A stretch of 63,574 bases of DNA, counting the filler, from Candidatus Eiseniibacteriota bacterium (GTDB lineage: Bacteria > Orphanbacterota > Orphanbacteria > Orphanbacterales > Orphanbacteraceae): the NCBI GenBank assembly GCA_043809585.1. It is 5 parts of 5 records of this genome, joined end to end, with 100 filler letters (N's around TTAATTAATTAA, not from the genome) between each part and the next. Parts side by side here need not be neighbours in the genome. Positions count along the whole stretch, not along the records: positions 1 to 4,798 come from JBDROZ010000001.1; positions 4,899 to 15,186 come from JBDROZ010000002.1; 3 more parts are not named here. One strand, 5' to 3'. A program made the position numbers and the translations under genes. The notes beneath the pieces were generated by a model that did not search any database, had not been told where the DNA came from, and saw nothing but the letters and a program-made list of their open reading frames with translations. Shown here piece by piece: positions 1 to 8,583 of this stretch. Every line of letters begins with the position of its first letter. The first letter of the stretch is position 1.

Positions 1-1
1 G

Positions 2-134
2 GTGCTCGACGATATCCGCCTGAGACCAGGGAGCGGCTTCTTCGTGACGCGTCCGGCCGGTGACGGCCCGGTGACACCGCAGGCGATCGACACGCTGGAT
101 GTCCGCTTCAAGCCGCACCGGCGAGGCGCGTTCA
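2..134 (+). pseudogene. Partial CDS resembling an Ig-like (ASH/choice-of-anchor D-like) domain, running into repeat copy A1
   Basis: Frame reads VTPQAIDTLDVRFKPHRRGAFT (VxFxP..G pattern), then switches at about 135 to repeat-derived sequence and stops at 262 inside the repeat; 5' end lies outside the window. Confidence 0.35.
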
Positions 135-271
135 CGCCTGCGAAGCCTCCTTTCCGTCGCCGCCTCCTCGACGTAGTGCATGACTACGCCTCCGGTGGCG
201 GCTCGTCCAAGTCGGCTTCTCGTCAGGCGATCCGAGCCCTCGTGACGGAGATTCATGCATAATCCAGGCTA
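135..271 (+). repeat. ERIC-like/MITE family A copy A1 (left arm missing)
   Basis: Near-identical to 34004-34139; apex cgtagt-gcatg-actacg; ends ATGCATAATCCAGGCTA. Confidence 0.9.
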
Positions 272-347
272 GGAGAAAGGTGTCGTTCGTACCCCGCGCC
301 GACTCAGACAGCCAACCCGCCCTCATGCCAACGAAGCCTCCCACAAT

Positions 348-428
348 GTCATCCCCGCGGAAGCGGGGATCCAGGAAATCGAATCCCGCCGATCGCTCCC
401 CACTCCCCGTTCGTCCTGAGAGTGCCGC
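348..428 (+). repeat. Composite REP-like element (GTCATCCCCGC..GCGGGGATCCAGG plus CCCGTTCGTCCTGAGTG modules)
   Basis: Reverse-complement matches at 1771-1893 and 2079-2180; second module also at 15075-15132 and 63401-63462. Confidence 0.8.
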
Positions 429-517
429 GCGCATGCCCCTTTCGGTACCGGATTCTCCCGGAGCGAAGCGGAGGGGTATCTGGTTGCGAAAGGACGGGAG
501 GGTGGGGATGCGGAGCC

Positions 518-1705
518 CTACCGGAAGAGCTTCTTCACGCTCCCCCACGACACCGGCTCCCGCGTTCCCCCGGCCGGCACCGACGTCACCGTGCACCCGA
601 CCGGGAGTGCCCCGATCAGGCCGCACCCGCCCGAATTCTCCGGTGCGCAGGGGGATTCGGAAGCGATGGAGTAATCGTCGGCGTCGGGATTACAGAAGAG
701 AGGATCGGCCGAGATATTGCCGTTCACCCCCGCGGAATCGCATGTGCCCTCGAGGCCGTCATAATCATACTCGGAGTTGGACCATGCGTTATTGCATGAG
801 AGTGCGGACTCGTAGCAGGTAATCCCCTCCCTGTTGCCTATAACGAGGTTGTTCGCCGCGATTCCATCGAAAACCGACAACCCACTCAAGTTGTTTCCGA
901 ATACCGTATTCGCATTTGCTTCCCCGCCGTTACATACAATTCCCGCCCCCATGTCCATCGCAACTAGGTTTCTTGTCACGGTCGAAATTGCGTGCGATGC
1001 ATATATGCACCACTTCATGGAGGAGTTCCTTAAACATGCATTGTCCTCGGCCACGATCTTCGAGAGGTACCCGTATATAGCCCCAAATTCTCCCGTGTTC
1101 CCTTCGAAATAGTTATCCCGAATACCGACAGTTCCACCGACGAATGAGAGATACACGCCGCCACACCCGTCGTCTTCGGTCGCCCGATTCCCGATGAACG
1201 AGTTGTTCTCGATCACCGAGCCTGCGCAGCTCGCGCAGGACCAGCGAAAGCCGATCCCCCCTCCGTAGTTTCCTCGGTTGTCGCGGATCATGTTGTCCCG
1301 AATCACCGGGTTGCTATCCCCGATCTCGATTCCCCCTCCCACGGTCCCTACCATCCCGACCCGTGCCCCCTGGATCGTGAACCCCTCGACCACTACCCCC
1401 GGAGAAGAAAAGACCCGAATCACCGACCGGTACTGGGAACTATAAGCCGGGTCCCCGTCGAGAATGGTAACGTCCCGTCCCCCCTCGCTCGCGAGGATGA
1501 GGTCGGGCTTCTGGAAAATGTGGAGATTGACGTAGTAGGTGCCTGGAGCGACAAGCACGGTGTCCCCACCACTGCTCGAGTCGATCGCCGCCTGGATGGT
1601 CGGCGCGTCGCCCGTCGAGTCGGGGAGGACATGCCAGGTCGTGGCGGGGGCGGGCTTCCAGGCAATGAGGAGAAGCGCGGCGACGATTAGAACGGCTCGA
1701 CGCAC
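518..1705 (-). CDS. Secreted right-handed parallel beta-helix (pectin-lyase-like fold) protein with C-terminal WGxVK tail
   Basis: Signal peptide MRRAVLIVAALLLIAWKPAPA; PTIQAAID..GDTVLVAPGTY motif; repeated GGGI/N-x-F-x-x-N beta-helix turns; GNISADPLFC; ends SWGSVKKLFR. Confidence 0.85.
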   Translation of the reverse strand: MRRAVLIVAALLLIAWKPAPATTWHVLPDSTGDAPTIQAAIDSSSGGDTVLVAPGTYYVNLHIFQKPDLILASEGGRDVTILDGDPAYSSQYRSVIRVFSSPGVVVEGFTIQGARVGMVGTVGGGIEIGDSNPVIRDNMIRDNRGNYGGGIGFRWSCASCAGSVIENNSFIGNRATEDDGCGGVYLSFVGGTVGIRDNYFEGNTGEFGAIYGYLSKIVAEDNACLRNSSMKWCIYASHAISTVTRNLVAMDMGAGIVCNGGEANANTVFGNNLSGLSVFDGIAANNLVIGNREGITCYESALSCNNAWSNSEYDYDGLEGTCDSAGVNGNISADPLFCNPDADDYSIASESPCAPENSGGCGLIGALPVGCTVTSVPAGGTREPVSWGSVKKLFR

Positions 1706-1770
1706 GAGGGCACCTCGGCGGTAAGGCGTTACGCATTGAGTATATCACAAGTGGGGTGATGCCGTTCCCC

Positions 1771-1893
1771 CCGGTTCATCCTTCGATACACCGCCCGGCG
1801 GACCGGGCGGCACTCAGGACGAACGGGGGGGGGGATTCGATTTCCTGGATCCCTGCCCCCCGCCTTCGCAGGGACAAGCTTCGCAGGGATGAC
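1771..1893 (-). repeat. Composite REP-like element
   Basis: ccttcgatacaccgcccgg..cactcaggacgaacgggg plus gattcgatttcctggatccc..gggatgac; inverted relative to 348-428. Confidence 0.8.
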
Positions 1894-2078
1894 AATTGCA
1901 TGAAATCGGATTGGCCGTTCGACCTGGCGCGCGGCGCGACCGGAACCTCTCTTCGAGCACCCGGGCTTGCCCGCCGAAGCCAAAGGCGAAGGCGGGTGGG
2001 CGGACGCCATTCTCTCCCCCTTCGGGGCCGGGAAGAGGGGGCTCCTCCAGATCCACGCCCGGCAGTCCTTGCTGATTC

Positions 2079-2180
2079 CCGGTTCGACCCTTCGATACGA
2101 TCCTCCCTCCGGTCGGATCACTCAGGGCGAACGGGGGGGGAGAATTCGATTTCCTGGATCTCCGCCTGCGCGGGGATGAC
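2079..2180 (-). repeat. Composite REP-like element
   Basis: cccttcgatac..actcagggcgaacgggg plus ttcgatttcctggatctccgcctgcgcggggatgac. Confidence 0.8.
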
Positions 2181-2565
2181 AAAGAGAGGAAATCGGCGGG
2201 CCGGAGGGCCGCCTACCCCTTCGTTTCCGCTTCCCCTCCTTCCGGCGGGGCGGGGGATCGGAGGAGGGAGGGGGATGGGGCCTACGTGGACGCTCGTCGT
2301 GCTGCGGGAGACAACCCTCCCTTTCTCCGGGCACGTGGAGCCTGCGGTGTGGAGGCCTTCCTTGAGTTGCCCGGTGATGCCCCGCCCCCTCCCGATGCCG
2401 GTCCCTCGTCCCGCCGAGCCTTTCTCGGGAGCGCGTGTGCCAACACGCGCTCCCGATCATTCCCCCCCTTTTCCTGGCCCCACACCCCCACCCCGTGACA
2501 AACTCGAAATATCCGTGAAGAATCCGCTCCGACGCCCGTTTCATCGTACGGAAAGGAGAACGGAG

Positions 2566-3107
2566 GTGCCTGTCCGCCGAGCCGACGAGGAACTGATGAT
2601 CGAGGCCGCCGGTGGTTCGGCGGAGGCGTTCGACGAGATCGTCCGGCGCCATCAGGGAACCCTCCTCCGACTGTTCATCATGATGACGGGAGATCGCGAG
2701 ACCGCGAGGGACCTCACCCAGGAGTGCTTCCTGAAGCTCCTCCGGAGCGCCTCCCGTTATCGCGTGAAAGCCAAGTTCACCACCTATCTCTTCACCATCG
2801 CCCGCCGCCTCGCCTTCGACGAAAAAGCCAAGGCGTGGAACCGGAGGGAGCCGATGGACCGGGAGTTCCCCTCGACCGACGACGCCCCGACCGAGCCCTC
2901 GAGAAGAAAGAGACCGCCCTCCGTCTCGCCGCCGCCGTGGCCAAACTCCCGGCGCCCGAGCGGGAGGCCCTCGTCCTCTCCGAGGCGAGCGGCCTCCGAT
3001 ACGCCGAAATCGCCGAGATCGCCGACTGCCCGGAGGGGACCGTCGCGTCGAGGAAGAACCGGGCGATCCGAATGCTCCGTAAGATCTGGAAGGAAGGGGC
3101 GCCATGA
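2566..3107 (+). pseudogene. ECF sigma-70 factor with one frameshift near 2884-2888 (pseudogene or sequence error)
   Basis: Region 2 (DEELM..AFDEIVRRH..ARDLTQECFLK..FTTYLFTIARR) in the frame of ORF 1756..3117; region 4 (LPAPEREALVL..GLRYAEIAEIADCPEGTVASR) in the frame of ORF 2724..3107; RBS AGGAG before GTG 2566. Confidence 0.85.
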
Positions 3108-3580
3108 CCGGCAATGATCGCGCGCCGAAATGCGAAGAGTTCCGTGAGCGGTTCGTCCTCCTCTGGGACGATGAGGGGGAACGGGCCGAACGGGACCGGA
3201 TCCTCGCCCACATCGAGTCGTGCGACGAGTGCGCCGCCGAGTGGGAGGCGTTCCGGATGACGGCGGAGAATCTCCGCGCCGTCGACGCCGAACCGGCCGA
3301 GGCGGAGCGCCGGGCGATCCTCGAGGCCGCCGCCCCGATCCTGGAAGAGCTCCGGCGGCGCCCGGAGGGGGCCCGGCCCGCTTCGCGGCAAACCCGCCCT
3401 CTCCGCCGGCTCCTCCGCTACGCCCTCACCGCCGCGGCGGCCGCGATCCTCTTCTTCCTCGTCCAAACCTTGTCCGGACCGGAGCGGGAAGGGCTCCGGT
3501 CGATGGACGTCGTCCACTACTACGATACCGGCGGGATGCCCCCCCTTCTCGGGGGCGCCGATTTCTCCGTGCCCCGCTGA
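3104..3580 (+). CDS. Zinc-finger (zf-HC2) anti-sigma factor with one TM helix
   Basis: HIESCDEC motif; hydrophobic YALTAAAAAILFFLV; ATGA overlap with the sigma stop. Confidence 0.8.
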   Translation: MTGNDRAPKCEEFRERFVLLWDDEGERAERDRILAHIESCDECAAEWEAFRMTAENLRAVDAEPAEAERRAILEAAAPILEELRRRPEGARPASRQTRPLRRLLRYALTAAAAAILFFLVQTLSGPEREGLRSMDVVHYYDTGGMPPLLGGADFSVPR

Positions 3581-3595
3581 CGGGAGGAATGAACC

Positions 3596-4396
3596 ATGAA
3601 AACCTCGAATCAACCTGCCCTTTTCGGCCTGGTGCTCGTCACCGTCGCCACCCTCGTCACGACCGTCCCCGCGTTCGGCGGCGCCGGGAAGACGCACACG
3701 ATCACCCTCTCCGGCGGCGATAAGATGGAAGGCCTCGTCGTCCCCCTCACGGAATGCGCCTTCCTCGTTCAGACCGAGGACGCCTCGATCGAAGTCCCCC
3801 TGGAGAGGATCGAGACCGTCGACGGAAGCAAAGACATAACGACGCTCTTCCGGTCCGGCGAGAATCCCCTCCTCCGGGAGGATGTCTTCGAGCGGGTCCT
3901 CGAGAACGGCGACGTCATTCTCCACTCCACCCACTCCCGGGAAAACCGGGGCCCTCGTATCCTCGATCACCTCTCGTGGGGCATCGCCGGCCACGAGGAA
4001 TCGTTGCTGGCGGATTGGAAGGTCTTCGACATCTACGGCAACGAACTGACCATGACCGTAGAGGAGCCCGACGAAAAGGGCCGCCGCCAGGCCCGGGCCT
4101 CCTTCATCCGCCCCATCCTCCCCGGGGAGCCGATCCGCTTCTCGGACCGCATCGTCTTTCACGACAGGATTCAGCATGAGGGGGACCATCTCCGTTACCG
4201 GCACCGGGGGGACTACCCCGAAGACCGGCTCGTCACCAAGATGATCCTCCTCCCCGCCGGCGCCCGGGTGATCGCGGCCACCCCCGAACCTCTCCGGCGC
4301 TTCGACTTGGGCGGCGCCCCTTGCCTGGTCTGGCGCCGCTTCTTCGCCCGGGGGGAGGTCTACCCGATCGAGGTGGATTACGAGTTGGGAGGGTGA
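3596..4396 (+). CDS. Secreted hypothetical protein in the ECF operon
   Basis: RBS GGAGG; N-terminal signal peptide; typical codon usage. Confidence 0.7.
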   Translation: MKTSNQPALFGLVLVTVATLVTTVPAFGGAGKTHTITLSGGDKMEGLVVPLTECAFLVQTEDASIEVPLERIETVDGSKDITTLFRSGENPLLREDVFERVLENGDVILHSTHSRENRGPRILDHLSWGIAGHEESLLADWKVFDIYGNELTMTVEEPDEKGRRQARASFIRPILPGEPIRFSDRIVFHDRIQHEGDHLRYRHRGDYPEDRLVTKMILLPAGARVIAATPEPLRRFDLGGAPCLVWRRFFARGEVYPIEVDYELGG

Positions 4397-4455
4397 TCCA
4401 GAGGATTCCGGCCGGGGTGCGAAGAGGGGGCCTCCGTGGCCCCTCTTCTGGATCC

Positions 4456-4562
4456 TGCACCGGGGGGACACAATCTGCACCGGGGGACACAATACCTAAT
4501 TCGGGGTTCCGTGCACCGGGGGACACAATACCTAATTCGTGCACCGGGGGACACAATACCTA
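4456..4562 (+). repeat. Four tandem copies of a 28-nt unit TGCACCGGGGGACACAATACCTAATTCG (REP-like)
   Basis: Units start at 4456 (truncated, G6), 4476, 4512 and 4540 (cut at TA); 0-8 nt between units. Confidence 0.9.
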
Positions 4563-4798
4563 TTGACATCTGCGTAATGAATGCAATAGAATGAAGCCCT
4601 CGAGAAGGAGGGCTTGTCATGCGATTGCCGGGATCGGCGAAGGTGTTGGAGGCCCGCCGGCGCCGGGCGTTGGCCCTGGTGGAACAGGGGTACTCGTTGA
4701 ACCAGGCGGCCCGGCGTATCGGTTGCGCGGCGAGTTCGGTGATGCGCTGGGTGCGAGCGGTGGAACGCCATGGCTCGGCCGGACTGGAAGTGCGACGC
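4561..4798 (+). mobile_element. IS630-family element left end with partial transposase ORF starting at 4619
   Basis: Begins at TA (TATTGACATCTGCGTAAT); RBS AAGGAGG; MRLPGSAKVLEARRRRALALVEQGYSLNQAARRIGCAASSVMRW HTH typical of IS630 N-termini; cut by contig end. Confidence 0.75.
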
Positions 4799-4898
4799 NN
4801 NNNNNNNNNNNNNNNNNNNNNNNNNNNNNNNNNNNNNNNNNNTTAATTAATTAANNNNNNNNNNNNNNNNNNNNNNNNNNNNNNNNNNNNNNNNNNNN
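4799..4898. other. Artificial contig linker (also 15187-15286, 34155-34254, 61405-61504)
   Basis: N-run plus TTAATTAATTAA (stops in all six frames) plus N-run, 100 nt each. Confidence 0.97.
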
Positions 4899-5873
4899 GG
4901 CAAGCTGGAGCTGACGAACACTCAGTTCCGGGATGACGGCCACCTGATGCAGGTCATCGACCGGATCGTCTCCCAGGTGGGGCGGCGCGTGGACGAGTCA
5001 TCGCCCATGGTCGACGCCCGACTCCCCGACGGCTCCCGGGTCAACGCCATCATCCCGCCCCTCGCCGTCGACGGGCCGATGCTGTCGATCCGGCGGTTCG
5101 GCCTGCGGCAGCTCTACATGAACGACCTGATCCGCCTGAACAGCCTGACCACGGAGATGGCCGAGCTTCTCCACGGGTGCGTCCGGGCGAAACTGAACGT
5201 GCTCATCTCGGGCGGCACGGGCTCGGGGAAGACGACGCTTCTCAACATCATGTCCGGGTACATCCCGGCGGAGGAGCGGATCGTCACGATCGAGGACGCG
5301 GCGGAGCTTCAGCTCCAGCAGCCCCACGTGGTTCGCCTCGAGACGAAACCGCCGAACATCGAGGGGGCCGGCGAGGTGACCCAGCGGCACCTGGTCCGGA
5401 ACTCCCTCCGGATGCGCCCCGACCGGATCGTGGTCGGCGAGGTCCGGGGGGACGAAGTGATGGACATGCTCCAGGCGATGAACACGGGTCACGAGGGCTC
5501 GCTCACGACCCTCCACTCGAACTCCCCCCGGGACGCCCTCTCCCGGCTCGAGACACTGATGCTCATGACCGGCTACGTTCTCCCCGAGAAGGGGATGCGC
5601 GAGCAGATCGCGTCCGCCCTCGACCTGATCGTCCAGGTCTCCCGCCTCTCCGACGGGACCCGGAAGGTCACGAGCATCTCCGAGCTCACCGGTATGGAGG
5701 GGGACGTGGTGGCCACCCAGGAGATCTACCTGTTCGACAAGTCGGGGATCGACAAGGACGGCCGGGTGCTCGGCACGTTCCGGCCGACCGGGATCTCCCC
5801 CAGTTTCTATCCCCGTCTCGCCATCGCCGGGGTTCATCTCCCCCCGGGGATGTTCGGGGCGGGCATGGACTAG
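4899..5873 (+). CDS. cpaF: Tad/Flp pilus assembly ATPase CpaF/TadA (5' partial)
   Basis: [11 protein letters not shown], Walker [41 protein letters not shown]. Confidence 0.95.
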   Translation, partial: GKLELTNTQFRDDGHLMQVIDRIVSQVGRRVDESSPMVDARLPDGSRVNAIIPPLAVDGPMLSIRRFGLRQLYMNDLIRLNSLTTEMAELLHGCVRAKLNVLISGGTGSGKTTLLNIMSGYIPAEERIVTIEDAAELQLQQPHVVRLETKPPNIEGAGEVTQRHLVRNSLRMRPDRIVVGEVRGDEVMDMLQAMNTGHEGSLTTLHSNSPRDALSRLETLMLMTGYVLPEKGMREQIASALDLIVQVSRLSDGTRKVTSISELTGMEGDVVATQEIYLFDKSGIDKDGRVLGTFRPTGISPSFYPRLAIAGVHLPPGMFGAGMD

Positions 5874-5880
5874 GGGCCTC

Positions 5881-6846
5881 ATGCTATCGACGGCGACCAT
5901 CCTTGTCTTCTGCGCCATCCTCATGGTGGCGTTCGGCATTTCCCTGCTTTTCGAGTCGAGCCGTGAGTCCCGCCGGCTCCGGGAGCGTCTGAATGAGATC
6001 GGCGGGGCCGGCCCGAGCCGGGAGTGGACGGAGCGGGAGATCATCCGGAGCCGGAAGTTCAGCGAGATCCCGGTCCTCGACAGGCTCCTCTCCTCCGGCC
6101 GCTACGGCGAGGCGATCGAGCTCTTTCTGGCCCAGGCGAACGTAAGGACCACCGTCGGGACCTTCCTCCTCATGTCCCTCACCCTCGGCGCCCTCGGCAT
6201 GCTCGCGGGGGTGTGGGTCGTGAGGTTCCGGTTCGTCGGGTTCATCCTGGCCGTGGCCCTCGCCTCGATTCCTTATCTTTACGTGTCGAGCAAGAGGAGA
6301 AGGCGGTTCCAGAAATTCCTGGAGCAGTTTCCGGACGCCCTCGAGCTGATCGCGAGCGCCCTCCGGGCCGGTCTCGCGTTCAGCGGCGCCATCAGGATCG
6401 TCGCTCAAGAAATGCCCGATCCCGTGGGGGGCGAATTTTGGGTCGCCTCGGAGGAGCACAGCCTCGGCCTCGACATCCGGGAGAGCCTGGTCCGCATGAA
6501 CCGGCGCATGGACATCCCGGACGTGCGCTTCTTCGTCACCGCCGTGGTCCTCCAGAGAGAGACGGGAGGGAACCTCGCCGAGATCCTCGAGAACACGACG
6601 TCCATCATCCGGGACCGCTTCCGCATCCTGTCGGAAGCCCGGGTCTTCTCGGCCCAGGGAAGGCTGTCGGGGATGGTCCTCGTCTGCCTGCCCGTCGTGA
6701 TGGCGGTAATCCTGTCGGCCCTCTCGCCGGGATACTTGAAAATCCTGATCGACGACCCGATCGGCAAATACCTGCTTGTCGGCAGCTTGTTCTTCCAGGT
6801 CATCGGAATGCTGGCGATCCGCCGCATCGTGAGGATCCGGGTATGA
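5881..6846 (+). CDS. tadB: Tad pilus inner-membrane protein TadB (T2SSF family)
   Basis: QFPDALELIASALRAG, RETGGNLAEIL, SAQGRLS; follows cpaF. Confidence 0.9.
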   Translation: MLSTATILVFCAILMVAFGISLLFESSRESRRLRERLNEIGGAGPSREWTEREIIRSRKFSEIPVLDRLLSSGRYGEAIELFLAQANVRTTVGTFLLMSLTLGALGMLAGVWVVRFRFVGFILAVALASIPYLYVSSKRRRRFQKFLEQFPDALELIASALRAGLAFSGAIRIVAQEMPDPVGGEFWVASEEHSLGLDIRESLVRMNRRMDIPDVRFFVTAVVLQRETGGNLAEILENTTSIIRDRFRILSEARVFSAQGRLSGMVLVCLPVVMAVILSALSPGYLKILIDDPIGKYLLVGSLFFQVIGMLAIRRIVRIRV

Positions 6847-7793
6847 GCGGCATGACGATTCCCCTCATCTATTTGACCACCCTGCTGGTCTTCCTCGCCG
6901 TCTTCCTGGCGGTGGTGGCGATTTACCTGCTCTCGAGGCGAAAACGGAGCCGGCTCGAGAAGCGCATCGACGATCTCTCGCGTCGCCAAACCCCCCGCCG
7001 GCCCGAGCCGACGAGCCTGATGAGAGAGCACGAGCCGGGAATGTTCGGAAAGGTATTCGTCCTTTTCGGGGGGCTCTTTCCTCAGGCCCTCGCGGGGGAC
7101 GAGGCGCGGATACGGCTTCTCAGGGCCGGTTTCCCCTGGCGGGACCATCTTCCCGTCTACGTGGGGCTCCGCTTCCTCAGCCTCCTCGTGGGGGCCGCGA
7201 TCGGCGTCGTCGCCGCCGAGGCCCTGCACTGGTCCCCGTCCTACCTCGTCATGATGGCCCTCGTTTTCGGCGTGGCGGGATACCTGATCCCCGACGTCTA
7301 CCTGTTCATCCGGACGGATAAGAGGAAGCAGGACATCATCCTCGGTCTTCCCGACGCCCTCGATTTGATGGTCATCTGCGTCGAGGCGGGGCTCGGCCTG
7401 AACGCCGCTCTTCTCCGGGTCGGGCAGGAGATCCGAAGCGTCTGCCCCCCCCTCAGCCAGGAACTCCGGCTCCTCAACCGGGAGATGCTCGCCGGGATTC
7501 CGCGGGCCGACGCGTTGAAGAACCTGGCTTTCCGGACGGGCATCGATGACGTGAAAGCCCTGGTGGCGATCGTGATCCAGTCGGAGAAGCTCGGGACGAG
7601 CATCGCCCGGTCCCTCCGGGTGCACGGCGACAACCTCAGGGTGCGCCGGAAGCACCGGGCCGAAGCGAAGGCGCGGAAGGTCTCGGTCAAACTGGTATTT
7701 CCGTTGGTCTTTTTCATATTCCCGACCTTGATGGTGGTCATCCTCGGGCCGGGGTTGATTCAACTGATCCGCGCTCTGACGAGCGCGCAGTAG
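6843..7793 (+). CDS. tadC: Tad pilus inner-membrane protein TadC
   Basis: LPDALDLMVICVEAGLGL, QSEKLGTSIARSLR, KLVFPLVFFIFP; ATGA coupling to tadB. Confidence 0.9.
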   Translation: MSGMTIPLIYLTTLLVFLAVFLAVVAIYLLSRRKRSRLEKRIDDLSRRQTPRRPEPTSLMREHEPGMFGKVFVLFGGLFPQALAGDEARIRLLRAGFPWRDHLPVYVGLRFLSLLVGAAIGVVAAEALHWSPSYLVMMALVFGVAGYLIPDVYLFIRTDKRKQDIILGLPDALDLMVICVEAGLGLNAALLRVGQEIRSVCPPLSQELRLLNREMLAGIPRADALKNLAFRTGIDDVKALVAIVIQSEKLGTSIARSLRVHGDNLRVRRKHRAEAKARKVSVKLVFPLVFFIFPTLMVVILGPGLIQLIRALTSAQ

Positions 7794-7820
7794 GGCGCCG
7801 CCTCGAAAGGAGGAGTCATC

Positions 7821-7928
7821 GTGAACTCGATCTCTTGGGGGATTCTCATCCCCGCGCTGGTCGTTTTGGGCATTCTCTACTTTTTGGTCCGCTCGCGCCG
7901 GAAGGGCCGCGAGGCGAAAAGAAAGTAG
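7821..7928 (+). CDS. Small 35-aa single-TM protein with basic tail (absent from the ORF track)
   Basis: Strong RBS AAAGGAGG then GTG; MNSISWGILIPALVVLGILYFLVRSRRKGREAKRK. Confidence 0.6.
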   Translation: MNSISWGILIPALVVLGILYFLVRSRRKGREAKRK

Positions 7929-8001
7929 GAGGGCGCCGGATCGGGCCGGGCCGCCGGCGCTTTGAGACTTGCCTGATCGGTACTCGAATCGGGAGGCGCG
8001 C

Positions 8002-8427
8002 ATGAAACGCACCGCCGTTCTCGCCTTTGCATGGATGATCCTCTTTGCCGGCCCGTCCGCCGCGGAGAAGACGGACTGGGTGAAGGTGACCACCTGGGAC
8101 GGGCGGGAGATCACGCTGGGGGAGTACGGGTTCTACTCCTGCTCCACCTGGGATCGCTTGAGTGACTACGAGTTCGACCGGAATGAGGTCGCCGTCGTCT
8201 ACGGCGGCGGCGTGACGGAGTTCCCGCTGAAGCGGATCCGGAGCATCCGGCAGGATCCGCCCGTGTTCACGGAGCACTTCCGGAATCTCGAAATCGAGCT
8301 CGTGGACGGCCTCATGTTCCGGGCCGAGACGCTCCGCGGCGTGACAGGCATCGCCGGGATGGACCGGGTCGGCATGGTCCACATTCCGGGCAGGGCGATC
8401 AAGAACATCGAGTTCGTCCGCGAGTAG
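8002..8427 (+). CDS. Secreted hypothetical protein
   Basis: RBS GGAGG; signal peptide MKRTAVLAFAWMILFAGPSAA. Confidence 0.7.
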   Translation: MKRTAVLAFAWMILFAGPSAAEKTDWVKVTTWDGREITLGEYGFYSCSTWDRLSDYEFDRNEVAVVYGGGVTEFPLKRIRSIRQDPPVFTEHFRNLEIELVDGLMFRAETLRGVTGIAGMDRVGMVHIPGRAIKNIEFVRE

Positions 8428-8583
8428 CGGGAGAGCGGGAAGAAGGCCGGGATCGAAGAAGAATTGCATGGCCCGGCGTCCGCGGTCGGCCCCGCGGGGA
8501 GCGCCGGTTCGTTACGAGGGAACGTCCAGGGGAGAGCGCGGCGGGCCGCGGCCTCTCGTCCGTGGGGAAAAGGAGGTTGTCCG

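Noticed and set aside
4456-4562. Possible mini CRISPR array
   Set aside because: Units abut or are separated by only 8 nt, there are no unique spacers of CRISPR length, and no cas genes are visible
4843-4854. Recurrent TTAATTAATTAA palindrome
   Set aside because: Artificial linker inside N-runs; all four occurrences are contig joins
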